DNA of 64,000 nt from an uncultured candidate division Zixibacteria bacterium (GCA_963702205.1 OY969724.1:2368001-2432000); one strand, 5' to 3'; positions 39,944 through 50,451 are shown, numbered from the stretch's first letter. Made by a program: numbers and translations. Notes: generated by a model from the letters alone, not told the origin.

Positions 39944-40454
39944 TTATAAAAAATTCCGGGTTGGCTCGGGTTATGATTCTCACCGGTTCGTGAAAGGCCG
40001 CCCGCTGGTGCTGGGCGGAGTAATCATTCCGTGCGACTATGGTCTCGACGGCCACAGCGACGCCGATGTTTTATTGCACGCCCTCGCCGACGCCCTGCTG
40101 GGAGCGGCCGGACTGCCCGATATAGGCACTCAGTTTCCCGACACCGATGCCAAATTTAAAGACGCCAAATCGACCTTGCTCCTGGCCGAAGTTTTCAAAA
40201 TGATAGTCGCCCGGGGTTATCGGATAATAAACATCGATGCTACCGTCATAGCTGAAGAGCCGAAAATGGCCCCGCACATTCCGGTTATGAAGAAAAAGAT
40301 CGCGCGAATTATCCTTATCGATGAAGATGCCATTTCCATCAAAGCCAAATCCAATGAAAGCATGGGCTTCATCGGTCGGAGGGAGGGTATTGCGGTGATG
40401 GCGACGGTTCTGATATTCAAAGACGATGGAACATTCATTACACCTGATAAATGA
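39933..40454 (+). CDS. ispF: MECDP synthase
   Basis: 'GYDSH', 'GHSDADVLLHA', 'DIG..FP', 'GRREG'. Confidence 0.96.
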   Translation: MNDDYKKFRVGSGYDSHRFVKGRPLVLGGVIIPCDYGLDGHSDADVLLHALADALLGAAGLPDIGTQFPDTDAKFKDAKSTLLLAEVFKMIVARGYRIINIDATVIAEEPKMAPHIPVMKKKIARIILIDEDAISIKAKSNESMGFIGRREGIAVMATVLIFKDDGTFITPDK

Positions 40455-41061
40455 GATTCTCGACGAGCTTTTCGCCTATGGCCCGTTCTGGATATATATC
40501 GCCATCGGCGTCTCATCGTATATAGAGAATATATTCCCACCGTTTCCCGGCGATTTCGTGACTATCACCGGTGGAGCGCTCGCCGCGGCGGGACGGCTCG
40601 ATGTCGCCTGGGTTTTTTTCGTGGCCTATGCCGGTGGTATCGGTTCGGCTATGACCGTCTATTATCTCGGACGAAGATTCGGCCGGAGCTTCTTCATAGG
40701 CAAAAATTATAAGTACTTTTCAGCCAACGACATCAAGAACATGGAAGCCTGGCTGAATCGGCGCGGGACCCTTCTCATGCTATTCAATCGTTTCGTGGTC
40801 GGTGCCCGAACCGTTATAATGCTCGCCGCCGGGATTGGCAATTATAAGGCATTCAGGGCGTTTGCGCTTATTTCTATTTCTTTTTGGCTTTTCAACGGAT
40901 TATTATTATTCAGCAGCCATTTGTTTATTGTTAATTTTGACACCATCGCGCATTATTTTCATCTGTATGAAAGAATAATGTGGCCGGTGATTATAATTAT
41001 CATGGTGGCCATTATTGTTAAGAAAATTCATGGAATGAAAAAGAATGGCAGGAAAGTATAA
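40426..41061 (+). CDS. DedA family membrane protein
   Basis: 'ENIFPPFPGD', 'YYLGR..G', 'RFVVGAR'. Confidence 0.9.
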   Translation: MEHSLHLINEILDELFAYGPFWIYIAIGVSSYIENIFPPFPGDFVTITGGALAAAGRLDVAWVFFVAYAGGIGSAMTVYYLGRRFGRSFFIGKNYKYFSANDIKNMEAWLNRRGTLLMLFNRFVVGARTVIMLAAGIGNYKAFRAFALISISFWLFNGLLLFSSHLFIVNFDTIAHYFHLYERIMWPVIIIIMVAIIVKKIHGMKKNGRKV

Positions 41062-42073
41062 AATTCTGGTACTGGCCGGGGGCACGTCGGAAGAACGTCA
41101 GGTGTCCCTGACTTCGGCCAGGTCGATAATCGAAAGCCTCCAAAGATCGGGCCATGAATACGCCGCTATCGACACCGCCGACGGTAAGTCACTTCTCGAT
41201 AACAACGGCCGCTTTCTCTTCCAGACCGATGAAAAGTCCGAAAGCAAACTGGCCACGAAACAAGCTTCCACGACGGCCCTGATGAAATCAATCGGCTCAG
41301 CGGATTATCGCAACTACGATCTTGTACTTATCGCGCTCCACGGCGGCGCGGGCGAAAACGGCTCTCTTCAGGCCCTGCTCGATTTGGCCGGTTGGAAATA
41401 CTCCGGTTCCAACATGCTCGCTTCGGCGGTTTGCATGAATAAAGCGTTTACCAAAGAAATAGTCAGGGCCAAAAAGATTCCCACCGCCGTCTGGCAACTT
41501 CTGAAAATACGCGATATTGCAGCGATAGAAAAATATGCTGAATCAATGAAGCAGGAATTTAAACTCCCGCTTATTATAAAACCCAACAGTTCCGGCTCGA
41601 CCGTCGGACTGACTCTCGTCAAAGACTGGAACCAGCTACCCGAGGCTCTGCGCCTGGCAAACGAATTTGGCGCCGACGTGCTGGTCGAAAAATACATCAA
41701 AGGCCGCGAAATTACCGCAGCCGTCTTGAACGGCCATGCCTTGCCACTGGTCGAAATAGTCCCGACCAACGAGCTGTATGACTACCAGTGTAAGTACACC
41801 AAAGGGAAATCGAATTATATCTGCCCGGCCCCGATCGACAAAGACCTGACTCCCGTTATTCGGGCTATGGCCGAAAGGGCCTATAAGACCATCGGCTGCG
41901 CCGGCCTGGCCCGGGTCGATTTTATTCTCGGCGTAGGAAACCAGCCGGTCTTTCTCGAAGTCAATACACTACCGGGCATGACCGAACTCTCTCTGGCTCC
42001 GATGGCCGCGAAAGAAGCGGGCATAAGCTTTGATGAATTAATTGATGAAATCTGCAAGGCTGCTTTGATTTGA
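41045..42073 (+). CDS. ddl: D-alanine--D-alanine ligase
   Basis: 'GGTSEERQVS', 'LHGG.GENG', 'GSTVG', 'EVNTLPG'. Confidence 0.95.
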   Translation: MAGKYKILVLAGGTSEERQVSLTSARSIIESLQRSGHEYAAIDTADGKSLLDNNGRFLFQTDEKSESKLATKQASTTALMKSIGSADYRNYDLVLIALHGGAGENGSLQALLDLAGWKYSGSNMLASAVCMNKAFTKEIVRAKKIPTAVWQLLKIRDIAAIEKYAESMKQEFKLPLIIKPNSSGSTVGLTLVKDWNQLPEALRLANEFGADVLVEKYIKGREITAAVLNGHALPLVEIVPTNELYDYQCKYTKGKSNYICPAPIDKDLTPVIRAMAERAYKTIGCAGLARVDFILGVGNQPVFLEVNTLPGMTELSLAPMAAKEAGISFDELIDEICKAALI

Positions 42074-42834
42074 AAAATAATATTAATGCCGAAAAAATTC
42101 GGGGCGTGATTTTTGACCTCGGCTCAACCCTGCTCGAATACGAAACCATCCCCTGGGACGATCTAAGCCTGCTCTGCCTCGACGCCGGTTATGAATTTCT
42201 TGAAAAATCCGGATATTCTGTCCCGGACAAAGGTGACTTTATCGAGAAGTACATTGCCATACGAAAGAAATATCGCAAGCTGGCGGGGGAGACACTCGAC
42301 GAATGGATCATCACCGACGCCATAGGTGACCTCCTTTCGGCTTTCGATCTGAACGGCAGCGCCTCGCTGGCCGAAGATTTCTTCGCGGCTTATCATGTCC
42401 CTCTGGCGCGGCAAGTGACCATGTTTGCCGATACCCCGACCGTGCTCCGGGCGCTGAAATCCGGCGGTTACAAAATCGGACTCGTATCAAACACGATATT
42501 TCCTGAAGACGCACATGTTGAAGAATTGAAAAAATACGCGATTTTCAAGCTGTTCGATTTCACAATGTTCTCTTCTTCGTTCGGCAAACGCAAGCCCCAC
42601 CCGGAAATTTATAAACGGGCCACGGAACTGATCGGACTTGCGCCGGAAGAACTGCTTTTTGTCGGAGACCGCTACATCGAGGATTACCGCGGGCCGATAG
42701 ATTTCGGAATGCAGGCGATGATCAAATACCGCGAAGGCCGGGTCTATCCCGACCCCATGCCCGATAATGTCACCGTCATTCGTGCCCTCGTGGGATTACT
42801 GGATTATCTCGACTTGAAAATTGACGATAATTAA
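42070..42834 (+). CDS. HAD superfamily hydrolase
   Basis: 'IFDLGSTL', 'VSNT', 'KP.P.IY', 'VGDR..ED'. Confidence 0.88.
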   Translation: MKNNINAEKIRGVIFDLGSTLLEYETIPWDDLSLLCLDAGYEFLEKSGYSVPDKGDFIEKYIAIRKKYRKLAGETLDEWIITDAIGDLLSAFDLNGSASLAEDFFAAYHVPLARQVTMFADTPTVLRALKSGGYKIGLVSNTIFPEDAHVEELKKYAIFKLFDFTMFSSSFGKRKPHPEIYKRATELIGLAPEELLFVGDRYIEDYRGPIDFGMQAMIKYREGRVYPDPMPDNVTVIRALVGLLDYLDLKIDDN

Positions 42835-42893
42835 TACATACTTTATATTTATATCTGACCTGTTAATTGATATAGCATAAAGGCAGGATATTT

Positions 42894-44291
42894 ATGGCCC
42901 TCAGTTTTACCAATACTATGACCCGCAGGAAAGAAGAGTTTCAACCTATCGATGATAACCACGTCCGAATGTATACGTGCGGTCCGACCGTTTATGACTT
43001 TGCCCATATCGGCAATTTCAGGACATATATGTTCGAGGATCTTCTGCGTCGTTACTTGAAGTACAAAGGCTATCAAGTGACCCAGGTCATGAACGTGACC
43101 GATATCGACGACAAAACCATCAAGGGTTCAATTGTCAAAGGTATTACACTCAATGAATATACCAGGCCGTACATTGACGCCTTTTTCGAGGACCTGGATA
43201 CCCTCCAGATCGAGAGGGCGGAGGTTTATCCCGCCGCAACCAAACACGTCGATGAGATGGTCGACATCATAAAATCCCTGAAGGAGAAGGGGATCGCTTA
43301 CGAAGTCAACGGCAACTATTATTATTCCATCGCCAAATTTCCGGAATACGGCAAGCTTTCGCATATTGATTTGAGCGGTCTCAAAGCCGGGGCGCGGGTT
43401 TCCTCGGACGAGTATGACAAGGAGTCGGTTTCCGACTTTGCGCTCTGGAAAGCATGGGACGAAAACGACGGCGATGTATACTGGGAAACTGAACTGGGCA
43501 AGGGTCGTCCGGGGTGGCATCTGGAATGTTCGGCCATGTCGATGAAATACCTCGGCAAGACGTTCGACATTCACTGCGGCGGCGTGGATAATATATTCCC
43601 GCACCACGAAAATGAAATCGCCCAGTCCGAGGGTGCCAACGAACAGCCGTTCGTACGCTTTTGGCTGCATTCGGAGCATCTCATCGTCGAGGGACGAAAA
43701 ATGTCGAAGTCGTTTAACAACTATTTCACGTTGCGCCAGATATTGGAAAAGGGTTATTCACCTGTCGCCGTGCGGTACGTACTTATTGCCACTCATTATC
43801 GTCAGCAGTTGAATTTCACTTTTGACGGACTCGATGCCGCGGCCAATGCATTGTCACGGTACAATGATTTCTATGTGAACCTGTCCGACTATGAAGGGGG
43901 TAAATCATCGGGTGAAGCCGAGGCCGTGATTGATAAGTGCCTTAGGGGCTTCGAATCAAACCTCGATGATGATTTGAATATTTCCGGCGCACTGGGCGAG
44001 GTCTTTGATTTTATCCGGGATACCAACCGCCTCAAGGCCGACGGTAATCTGTCTCTCAATGAAAAAGACAAGGCCTTGAAAACCCTCGATCAAATTGACG
44101 GTGTTCTGGGCTTTTTGATGAAGGACGAAGGCGACCTCGAAACCGAAGTCATGGATGCGATCGAGCGCCGCAACGCCGCGAGAAAGGCCAGGGATTTCGC
44201 TCTGGCCGACCGCATCCGCGACGAGCTTCTGGAACGGGGGATTATCCTCGAGGATTCTCCGTCCGGGACAAAATGGAAAAAGAAAATATAA
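42894..44291 (+). CDS. cysS: Cysteinyl-tRNA synthetase
   Basis: 'CGPTVY', HIGN, 'GRPGWHLEC', KMSKS. Confidence 0.98.
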   Translation: MALSFTNTMTRRKEEFQPIDDNHVRMYTCGPTVYDFAHIGNFRTYMFEDLLRRYLKYKGYQVTQVMNVTDIDDKTIKGSIVKGITLNEYTRPYIDAFFEDLDTLQIERAEVYPAATKHVDEMVDIIKSLKEKGIAYEVNGNYYYSIAKFPEYGKLSHIDLSGLKAGARVSSDEYDKESVSDFALWKAWDENDGDVYWETELGKGRPGWHLECSAMSMKYLGKTFDIHCGGVDNIFPHHENEIAQSEGANEQPFVRFWLHSEHLIVEGRKMSKSFNNYFTLRQILEKGYSPVAVRYVLIATHYRQQLNFTFDGLDAAANALSRYNDFYVNLSDYEGGKSSGEAEAVIDKCLRGFESNLDDDLNISGALGEVFDFIRDTNRLKADGNLSLNEKDKALKTLDQIDGVLGFLMKDEGDLETEVMDAIERRNAARKARDFALADRIRDELLERGIILEDSPSGTKWKKKI

Positions 44292-44328
44292 TCGGCCGAT
44301 TTTCATGGTCGTTACACGATATTAGAGC

Positions 44329-44356
44329 TTGACTTATGGCCGTTATTAAATATTTT
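44329..44356 (+). promoter_or_regulatory. Possible sigma70 promoter of the tRNAs
   Basis: TTGACT-N16-TATTTT. Confidence 0.4.
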
Positions 44357-44375
44357 AAGGGCCAATTAGCTATAC

Positions 44376-44448
44376 GCCGGCGTAACTCAGTTGGTAGAGT
44401 AGCTGATTTGTAATCAGCCTGTCGGGGGTTCGATTCCCTTCGCCGGCT
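44376..44448 (+). tRNA. tRNA-Thr(UGU)
   Basis: Acceptor GCCGGCG/CGCCGGC; anticodon arm GCTGA-TTTGTAA-TCAGC; GGTTCGATTCC; no encoded CCA. Confidence 0.95.
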
Positions 44449-44498
44449 TTTTTAACGGCGAAAGGGAAGAGACCGGGACATAGCTAAGAAAATACGAT

Positions 44499-44580
44499 GG
44501 AGGGGTTCCCGAGCGGCCAAAGGGAACAGACTGTAAATCTGTCGGCGAAGCCTTCGGAGGTTCGAATCCTCCCCCCTCCA
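44499..44580 (+). tRNA. tRNA-Tyr(GUA)
   Basis: Acceptor GGAGGGG/CCCCTCC; anticodon arm ACAGA-CTGTAAA-TCTGT; long variable arm; GGTTCGAATCC. Confidence 0.95.
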
Positions 44581-44675
44581 TAAAATCAGAAAATTAATCC
44601 AAGTCAATAATTCCGAATCGAAGCAGATCGTTCCGAATTTTGCCGAATGCAAATGCAACGGTCATCCCGTACAAG

Positions 44676-44705
44676 CCAAAGCCCCCGGTTGAATGGGGGC
44701 TTTGG
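44676..44705. terminator. Hairpin terminator between convergent units
   Basis: CCAAAGCCCCC/GGGGGCTTTGG stem. Confidence 0.75.
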
Positions 44706-44733
44706 AATTTATGCTGAAGAAGTAAAGTTTAGA

Positions 44734-47271
44734 TTACTTCAGGAGCATCATTTTTCTGGTGGCGACTTTATCGCCGGCCTTGACGGTATAGAAGTATACA
44801 CCGCTGGCCAGACCGGTCGCATCCCAGGTTTCGACGACGTCACCGATACCGTGACCGTTGATTTCGTCGACTTTCTGACCCTGGAGGTTGTAGATCGTGA
44901 TGGAATAATCGGTCTCCGAGGGCAGTTCGATGCTGAAGCTGGTGCTCGGGTTGAACGGGTTCGGGTAGTTCTGCTTCAGTGCGAAATCGGTCGGCAAGAC
45001 TGTGGCACTATAGATCTGTCCATAGTAGTCGGCCGCTTCGACGCTGACCAGGGTACCACCGGAAACGTTCAAGACGTTACCGGCCTCAAGCACGTTGTGG
45101 TCCATGCTGTAAACCAGGGCCCGGGTCTGTCCATCGACATAACCGGTCTTGATTTGCATGTTCATGGCCTCATGAGCCAGTGAAACGCTGGCCTGTCCGT
45201 CAAACACAAACAGGGCCGCACCGACCTCTTTGTTGACTCCAACGGTACCGTCACCATAGGAGACACTAAGGTCGCCGCCGGCCGTCAGTTTGGCATACGG
45301 CAGAGCGTCGCCGACGATCACCCGAATCAGGTAAACCAGGTCAGCCACCGAAAGAACAATACCGTCGGCATTGATATCGGTCGCCGCCGTCTGACCTTCC
45401 ACGTTGACCGTGAAGGCCGCCAGGCCGCTGATGAAGTAGTTGGTGAAGACTACCGCATCGGCGATTTCATTGGAAATACCGTTCAGGTTGACGTCGCCGC
45501 GGGCGTCGATGTCTTCCGAACAGATGATGTCGACACCACCGTCACGGAAGATGATCGCTCCCAGCGGGAAGTTCTTGATAACGCCTTCACTGGTTTGTGT
45601 GAAGAAATCATAACAAGTGTCAGCCGGCCCACTGTATCCATAGGTGCCCGGGTCGGTGACCAGATCACCTTCGAAAGTATAAACGGCCTGGCCCAGATAC
45701 AGCCAGTTACCGTTCTCGCTCGACAGGGTATTGTCGGCACAGTCGAGCCAGAAGAAACGGACCGGAACAAACTGACATTCCAACGTCCGATCGTTGGCCA
45801 CGAAGAACTGGATCGTCGCCAGTTCGCCGGGACCGGCCACGTGATTCGGGTTGGTGACGCCGTCATTCTGCTCGCGCAGAGCGACGATGCGCATCATGCC
45901 CGAAGGACAACCGCTGCCGCAGTTCCCGAAAGGACCAAAACGATACGTGAAATATTCAAATTCCGTGTCAATCAGATCGCCCGGAGCGGCCGACATCGCC
46001 GTCAACGCCGAAGCGTCATAAGCTACCAGGAAGTCGAAACCACCCAGCAGATCGACAATGAACGGGCCCGTGTAGGCCGAATCGATAAAGATGGAAACCG
46101 TCGTATAGTGGCCCTGAAGTTGGTCGTGGACCTTCTCAATCGAAACCGCAAAGCCAATCACATGAATCTTATAGCAGGCCGTATCGGCATTCGTCGGACT
46201 GCACGGATCGCAGGTGTTGGCACCGTCGGTCACGCTCACGCACAACGTGAAGTCACCGAGGTAGTCCGGCTCGTTGAGAATGTCCCAGGACCAGGCGCCG
46301 GTCGCGTCATCTAAATCCATCGTTCCGGGACCATCAAAGCTGACCAGTTCGTATAGCAGGCTCGAAGGACCGCCGTCGGGATCGCTGGCATCAACGTCAC
46401 CCGTGAGGGTAACACCCCAGACGGACATAATCGTGTCAGCATCGGCCTGCGGGTTGGTAATCTCCGGAGGAGTGTTCTGGACGCACACATTGAAGCTGCA
46501 GTCGGCGGTCGCGCCGCAAGCATCGGTTACCTGAACCGTAACCTCATGGTCGCAAACGTCGTCGCCACCGGTCTGCCACTGATAATGACCACTCGAATTG
46601 ACCGTGCCCGGACCGGCTGTGACCGCAAAGCTGAGGGCTTCGCAGCCATTAACCAGATCGTCATCGTCAAAGGTCATGTCAGCTTCAACAAGGTCGCCCC
46701 AATGAACAGTCTGGTCGCCCGGACATGAAATGGTCGGAACCTGATTGACCATCGTCACCGTGCCGGCCGTCACCGTCGTCGCCAAAGCTTCGATCGGGTC
46801 GCAGCCAACCAGAGTGGTGGCAAAGTCAATGGAACTGCCGCAGGGTGAGTCGCCGGTCAACGTCGTTGCGTCAACCGTCACCGAGCCGTCACAGACGTCA
46901 GCCATGGTCAGTGAAATCTGACCGACTACCATCGGGAACGAACTCAGACAGGCATCACCCGCGTCAATCTTCATGGCCGCCACGTGAAACGTGCCGGTCG
47001 TCGGTTCCTGTAAGACGCGTTCATTGAGAACCGTCAAACCACTTGCAAAGTCGAAGGCGACCGTAGTATAGTCACCGGAGACTTGAAAGACCAACTCAAA
47101 TGCACTCAGATCCGTAGGACTATCAATCGTCACATTCAGTATCACATCCGTACAGCGCTGGACATTCTTCGATTGAAACGTCACTTCTTGCGCTACCGAA
47201 TAGGAGAATCCGAATACCAGAAGGAACGAGGCCAGCAGTAAAGATATGGTCAATTTTCTTTTTTGCATCAT
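44734..47271 (-). CDS. Large secreted protein: cohesin-like, Ig-like repeats, cohesin-like, dockerin-like and T9SS-type C-terminal domains
   Basis: Signal peptide; 'GGFDFLVAYD'; dockerin duplication 'GDVNLNG...IADAV' / 'DINADG...VADLVYL'; 'QNYPNPFNP...SGVYFY...RKMMLLK'; start could be 47268. Confidence 0.85.
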   Translation of the reverse strand: MMQKRKLTISLLLASFLLVFGFSYSVAQEVTFQSKNVQRCTDVILNVTIDSPTDLSAFELVFQVSGDYTTVAFDFASGLTVLNERVLQEPTTGTFHVAAMKIDAGDACLSSFPMVVGQISLTMADVCDGSVTVDATTLTGDSPCGSSIDFATTLVGCDPIEALATTVTAGTVTMVNQVPTISCPGDQTVHWGDLVEADMTFDDDDLVNGCEALSFAVTAGPGTVNSSGHYQWQTGGDDVCDHEVTVQVTDACGATADCSFNVCVQNTPPEITNPQADADTIMSVWGVTLTGDVDASDPDGGPSSLLYELVSFDGPGTMDLDDATGAWSWDILNEPDYLGDFTLCVSVTDGANTCDPCSPTNADTACYKIHVIGFAVSIEKVHDQLQGHYTTVSIFIDSAYTGPFIVDLLGGFDFLVAYDASALTAMSAAPGDLIDTEFEYFTYRFGPFGNCGSGCPSGMMRIVALREQNDGVTNPNHVAGPGELATIQFFVANDRTLECQFVPVRFFWLDCADNTLSSENGNWLYLGQAVYTFEGDLVTDPGTYGYSGPADTCYDFFTQTSEGVIKNFPLGAIIFRDGGVDIICSEDIDARGDVNLNGISNEIADAVVFTNYFISGLAAFTVNVEGQTAATDINADGIVLSVADLVYLIRVIVGDALPYAKLTAGGDLSVSYGDGTVGVNKEVGAALFVFDGQASVSLAHEAMNMQIKTGYVDGQTRALVYSMDHNVLEAGNVLNVSGGTLVSVEAADYYGQIYSATVLPTDFALKQNYPNPFNPSTSFSIELPSETDYSITIYNLQGQKVDEINGHGIGDVVETWDATGLASGVYFYTVKAGDKVATRKMMLLK

Positions 47272-47667
47272 TATAATGCTCCTTTAAAGACTTTAAAGTT
47301 CATTAAAGGTAATAGGTATCTTTCTGCCTGAAACAGTTAATTACGGATTACCTGTTCCATCCGAACTTGTGCTACCGAGGTGTCGGAATTACCCCGAAAC
47401 TTATCCCGTAAACCTCATGGATGACAGATGTAAAGCATGGATGGATAGCGATTGTTAAGGTTCAACAGGATTAGTATTTATGTGAGTTTCTGGAATATCT
47501 GAAGATTACAGGATGTATCTATCTATTAGACCATCTCTAAATCTTGTAAAGGCCATGTCTTGAAGTTCTTTTGTGGACCAACTCTATTTGCTTCTTAGAG
47601 TTGAAAGGTGCTAACCGATTCTTAACAGAAGCGTTTCTTACAACACAACTATTCCCTGGACATCATC

Positions 47668-47695
47668 AAAATAACCACTAACCAACATTTGTCAA
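47668..47695 (-). promoter_or_regulatory. Possible sigma70 promoter about 400 nt upstream of the dockerin gene
   Basis: TTGACA-N16-TATTTT on the minus strand. Confidence 0.4.
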
Positions 47696-48277
47696 GAACT
47701 TTTATACAATATTACCATAATATGACATGACGTAGTTATGATGCCCGGGAGAATTAGCTAAGATATGGACGGGCAGCAAAGGGGATAGCCCGACCTGAAA
47801 AAGGCCTTAATGAAATTTGCTAACGGCACAAAAAATCGGGAAACTGATTTAAAATCTAATACTAATTTCCTTTCGAAAAATGCAGATGCAAAAATCAACT
47901 TCATGACTTTTGAGATGGGAAAAGGTTTTCTTTCGGGAAGAACAAATGTGACTATAATCACAATATCTGGAGCGAGGATAAATCTGAAAATTCATTCTCG
48001 GGAAATATATTGTGATATTAATCACAATATATCGATTTTATTCCATTAATTTATAAGCCGTAAGCAACCCCGAAACATGGATAACGTCGGTAATCTATTT
48101 CAGCTGAAAATTAAAAAATCCGCAAGTTCATGACCTGAAATTTACTTCGTATATCATGGGAATTCTGAGGCAGATTTATGATGAAAACCCGGTTCCAACT
48201 GCCGCCCGGCCAGCCTCGAATCGACCTCAATTTTGCCATAATTCGGGCTGACATAAGGCCGGTAGCGACAAAACAGT

Positions 48278-48306
48278 TTGACAAACCGCCCCGGCTGGAT
48301 TATACT
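48278..48306 (+). promoter_or_regulatory. Sigma70 promoter of the EF-G paralogue
   Basis: TTGACA-N17-TATACT. Confidence 0.75.
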
Positions 48307-48352
48307 AAGCGCCTCAATTGATTATAGGATTGTTCCAAAGGAGGATGACCCG

Positions 48353-50431
48353 GTGAAAGCTTATGCAACGGATCACATAAGAAATATTGCCCTCATCGGC
48401 CAGAGGGGCTGCGGAAAAACCAGCCTGGCCGACGCCATTGCTTACTCATCCGGAATTACGAATCGTCTCGGAAAAGTCGACGAAGGCACCTCGCTTTCGG
48501 ATTTTAAAGATGAGGAAATAAACCGGAAAACGTCCATCGGCCTCGCTATCCTGGCTTGCCCGTGGAAAGAAAAAAAGATAAATGTCGTCGACCTGCCGGG
48601 TCACCCGGATTTCATCGGTGAGCTCCTGGCCGGGATGAACGTCGCCGAGACCGCCGTAATGGTTATCAACGCCACGGCCGGAATTGAGGTCGGCACCGAG
48701 GTCCAGTATAAATATGTTCAGAAATTCAATCTGCCGCGCTTGTTCTTTCTCAATAAAATCGAAAAAGAAAACGTCCGCATCTCGGAAATCATAAATCAAC
48801 TCCAGGAACGTTTCGGTATCAAGGCCGCTCCGGTCCAGCTCCCGATCGGCTCCGGCCTGACCTATAAGGGTATCGTGGACCTGATCAAAATGAAGGGCAT
48901 CACTTTCGACGCCTCCGGCAAACCGTCCGTCGGGGACATTCCCGCTGACATGAAAGACGCCGCCGGAGAAGCTCGCGCCAAGCTGGTGGAAGCCGTCGCC
49001 GAGGCCGATGACGCCCTCCTCGAAAAATTCTTCGAGGCCGGGGAACTGACCCCCGAGGAGTTTCTGAATGGATTCAAAAAAGCTATCAACACGCTGACCC
49101 TGTATCCGGTCCTGATGGGCTCGGCTGACGCCAATTCCGCCGTCCATCAGCTGATGGATTTCATCCTCGAATATCTGCCGTCACCGGCCGATCGTTCGCC
49201 GATCAATCTGCTTAAGGCCGGAAGAGATGAAATCGTCCCGGTCGACGTCGACACCGAGGGCAAACCGGTGGCCTACGTTTTCAAATCGGTCTCTGAGGCT
49301 CATATCGGCGATATATCGTATTTCAAGGTCATCTCCGGTAAAATCGCCCAGGGCCTGGAACTGGTCAATGCCAACCGGTCGTCATCGGAGCGCCTGAGCC
49401 AGATTTATTCGATCTGCGGCAAAGAGCGCAAAGAGGTTTCGGAATGCCTCGCCGGAGATATCGGCGCGATGGTCAAACTTAAATCGACCATTACCGGCGA
49501 CACGCTTTCGCCCAAAGGGCTCGACGTGGTCGTCCCGGACATCGAATATCCCGAACCGGTCATGGATTCCGGCGTCAAACCGAAAAGCAAGGGCGACGAA
49601 GACAAGCTCTCGACCGGACTTCAAAAACTCCGCGACGAGGACCCGACTTTCAAGATTGTCATCGATCCCGACCTGAGACAGACGGTGCTCTTCACGCAGG
49701 GCTCGACCCATACCGATATCATCCTCGGCAAGCTCAAAGAAAAATACAACGTCGAAATCGACCTGTTCAAGCCGAGACTGCCGTTCCGCGAGACGATCCG
49801 GGGCAAGACCGAAATCCAGTACCGCTATAAAAAGCAGTCGGGCGGACGCGGCCAGTATGGCGACGTCCATCTCCGTATCGAGCCCAACGCGCGCGGCGAG
49901 GGATTCGTTTTCAACGATGAAATTAAGGGCGGCGTCATCCCCAACAAGTTTATTCCTTCGGTCGAAAAGGGTGTGGTCGAGGCGATGGCCGAAGGCGGCC
50001 TGTCCGGCTCGCCGGTGGTCGACGTCAAGGTAGCCGTATTTTACGGCTCCTATCACGCCGTCGACTCGTCCGATCAGGCTTTCAAGATGGCGGGTTTGAT
50101 GGCTTTCAAAGAAGGCTTTATGCAGTGCAAGCCGGTCATTCTGGAGCCGGTTTTCAGCGTCGAAATTCTGGTGCCCGATGATTTCACCGGCGACGTGATG
50201 GGTGACATTTCCGGCCGTCGCGGCAAAATCGCCGGCATGGATCCCGAGGGCCGCTACCAGCGCATACGGGCCACTGTACCGCAGGCCGAGTTGTATAATT
50301 ATTCGGTCGATCTGCGCTCAATGACATCGGGGCAGGGCGTTTATACCCGCACTTTCTCGCACTACGAAGAGGTCCCGCACGAAATCACCGAGAAAGTGAT
50401 CGCCGATATCAAGCAATCGAAAGAAGAATAG
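48353..50431 (+). CDS. fusA: Elongation factor G paralogue (EF-G2 type)
   Basis: Five-domain EF-G ('EDPTF', 'KKQSGGRGQYG', 'GSYHAVDSS'), divergent G motifs, not in the str operon; GTG start after GGAGG. Confidence 0.9.
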   Translation: MKAYATDHIRNIALIGQRGCGKTSLADAIAYSSGITNRLGKVDEGTSLSDFKDEEINRKTSIGLAILACPWKEKKINVVDLPGHPDFIGELLAGMNVAETAVMVINATAGIEVGTEVQYKYVQKFNLPRLFFLNKIEKENVRISEIINQLQERFGIKAAPVQLPIGSGLTYKGIVDLIKMKGITFDASGKPSVGDIPADMKDAAGEARAKLVEAVAEADDALLEKFFEAGELTPEEFLNGFKKAINTLTLYPVLMGSADANSAVHQLMDFILEYLPSPADRSPINLLKAGRDEIVPVDVDTEGKPVAYVFKSVSEAHIGDISYFKVISGKIAQGLELVNANRSSSERLSQIYSICGKERKEVSECLAGDIGAMVKLKSTITGDTLSPKGLDVVVPDIEYPEPVMDSGVKPKSKGDEDKLSTGLQKLRDEDPTFKIVIDPDLRQTVLFTQGSTHTDIILGKLKEKYNVEIDLFKPRLPFRETIRGKTEIQYRYKKQSGGRGQYGDVHLRIEPNARGEGFVFNDEIKGGVIPNKFIPSVEKGVVEAMAEGGLSGSPVVDVKVAVFYGSYHAVDSSDQAFKMAGLMAFKEGFMQCKPVILEPVFSVEILVPDDFTGDVMGDISGRRGKIAGMDPEGRYQRIRATVPQAELYNYSVDLRSMTSGQGVYTRTFSHYEEVPHEITEKVIADIKQSKEE

Positions 50432-50451
50432 TACATATTTTGATATAGTCC

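Noticed and set aside
44376..44580. tRNA-anchored integrative element
   Set aside because: I found no duplicated tRNA 3' end and no integrase in the window.
47810..48049. 79-aa ORF in the AT-rich gap
   Set aside because: No clear RBS or motif; consistent with a chance ORF.
48278..48352. N-terminal extension of EF-G from TTG 48278
   Set aside because: That TTG is the -35 box; the RBS and homology support GTG at 48353.
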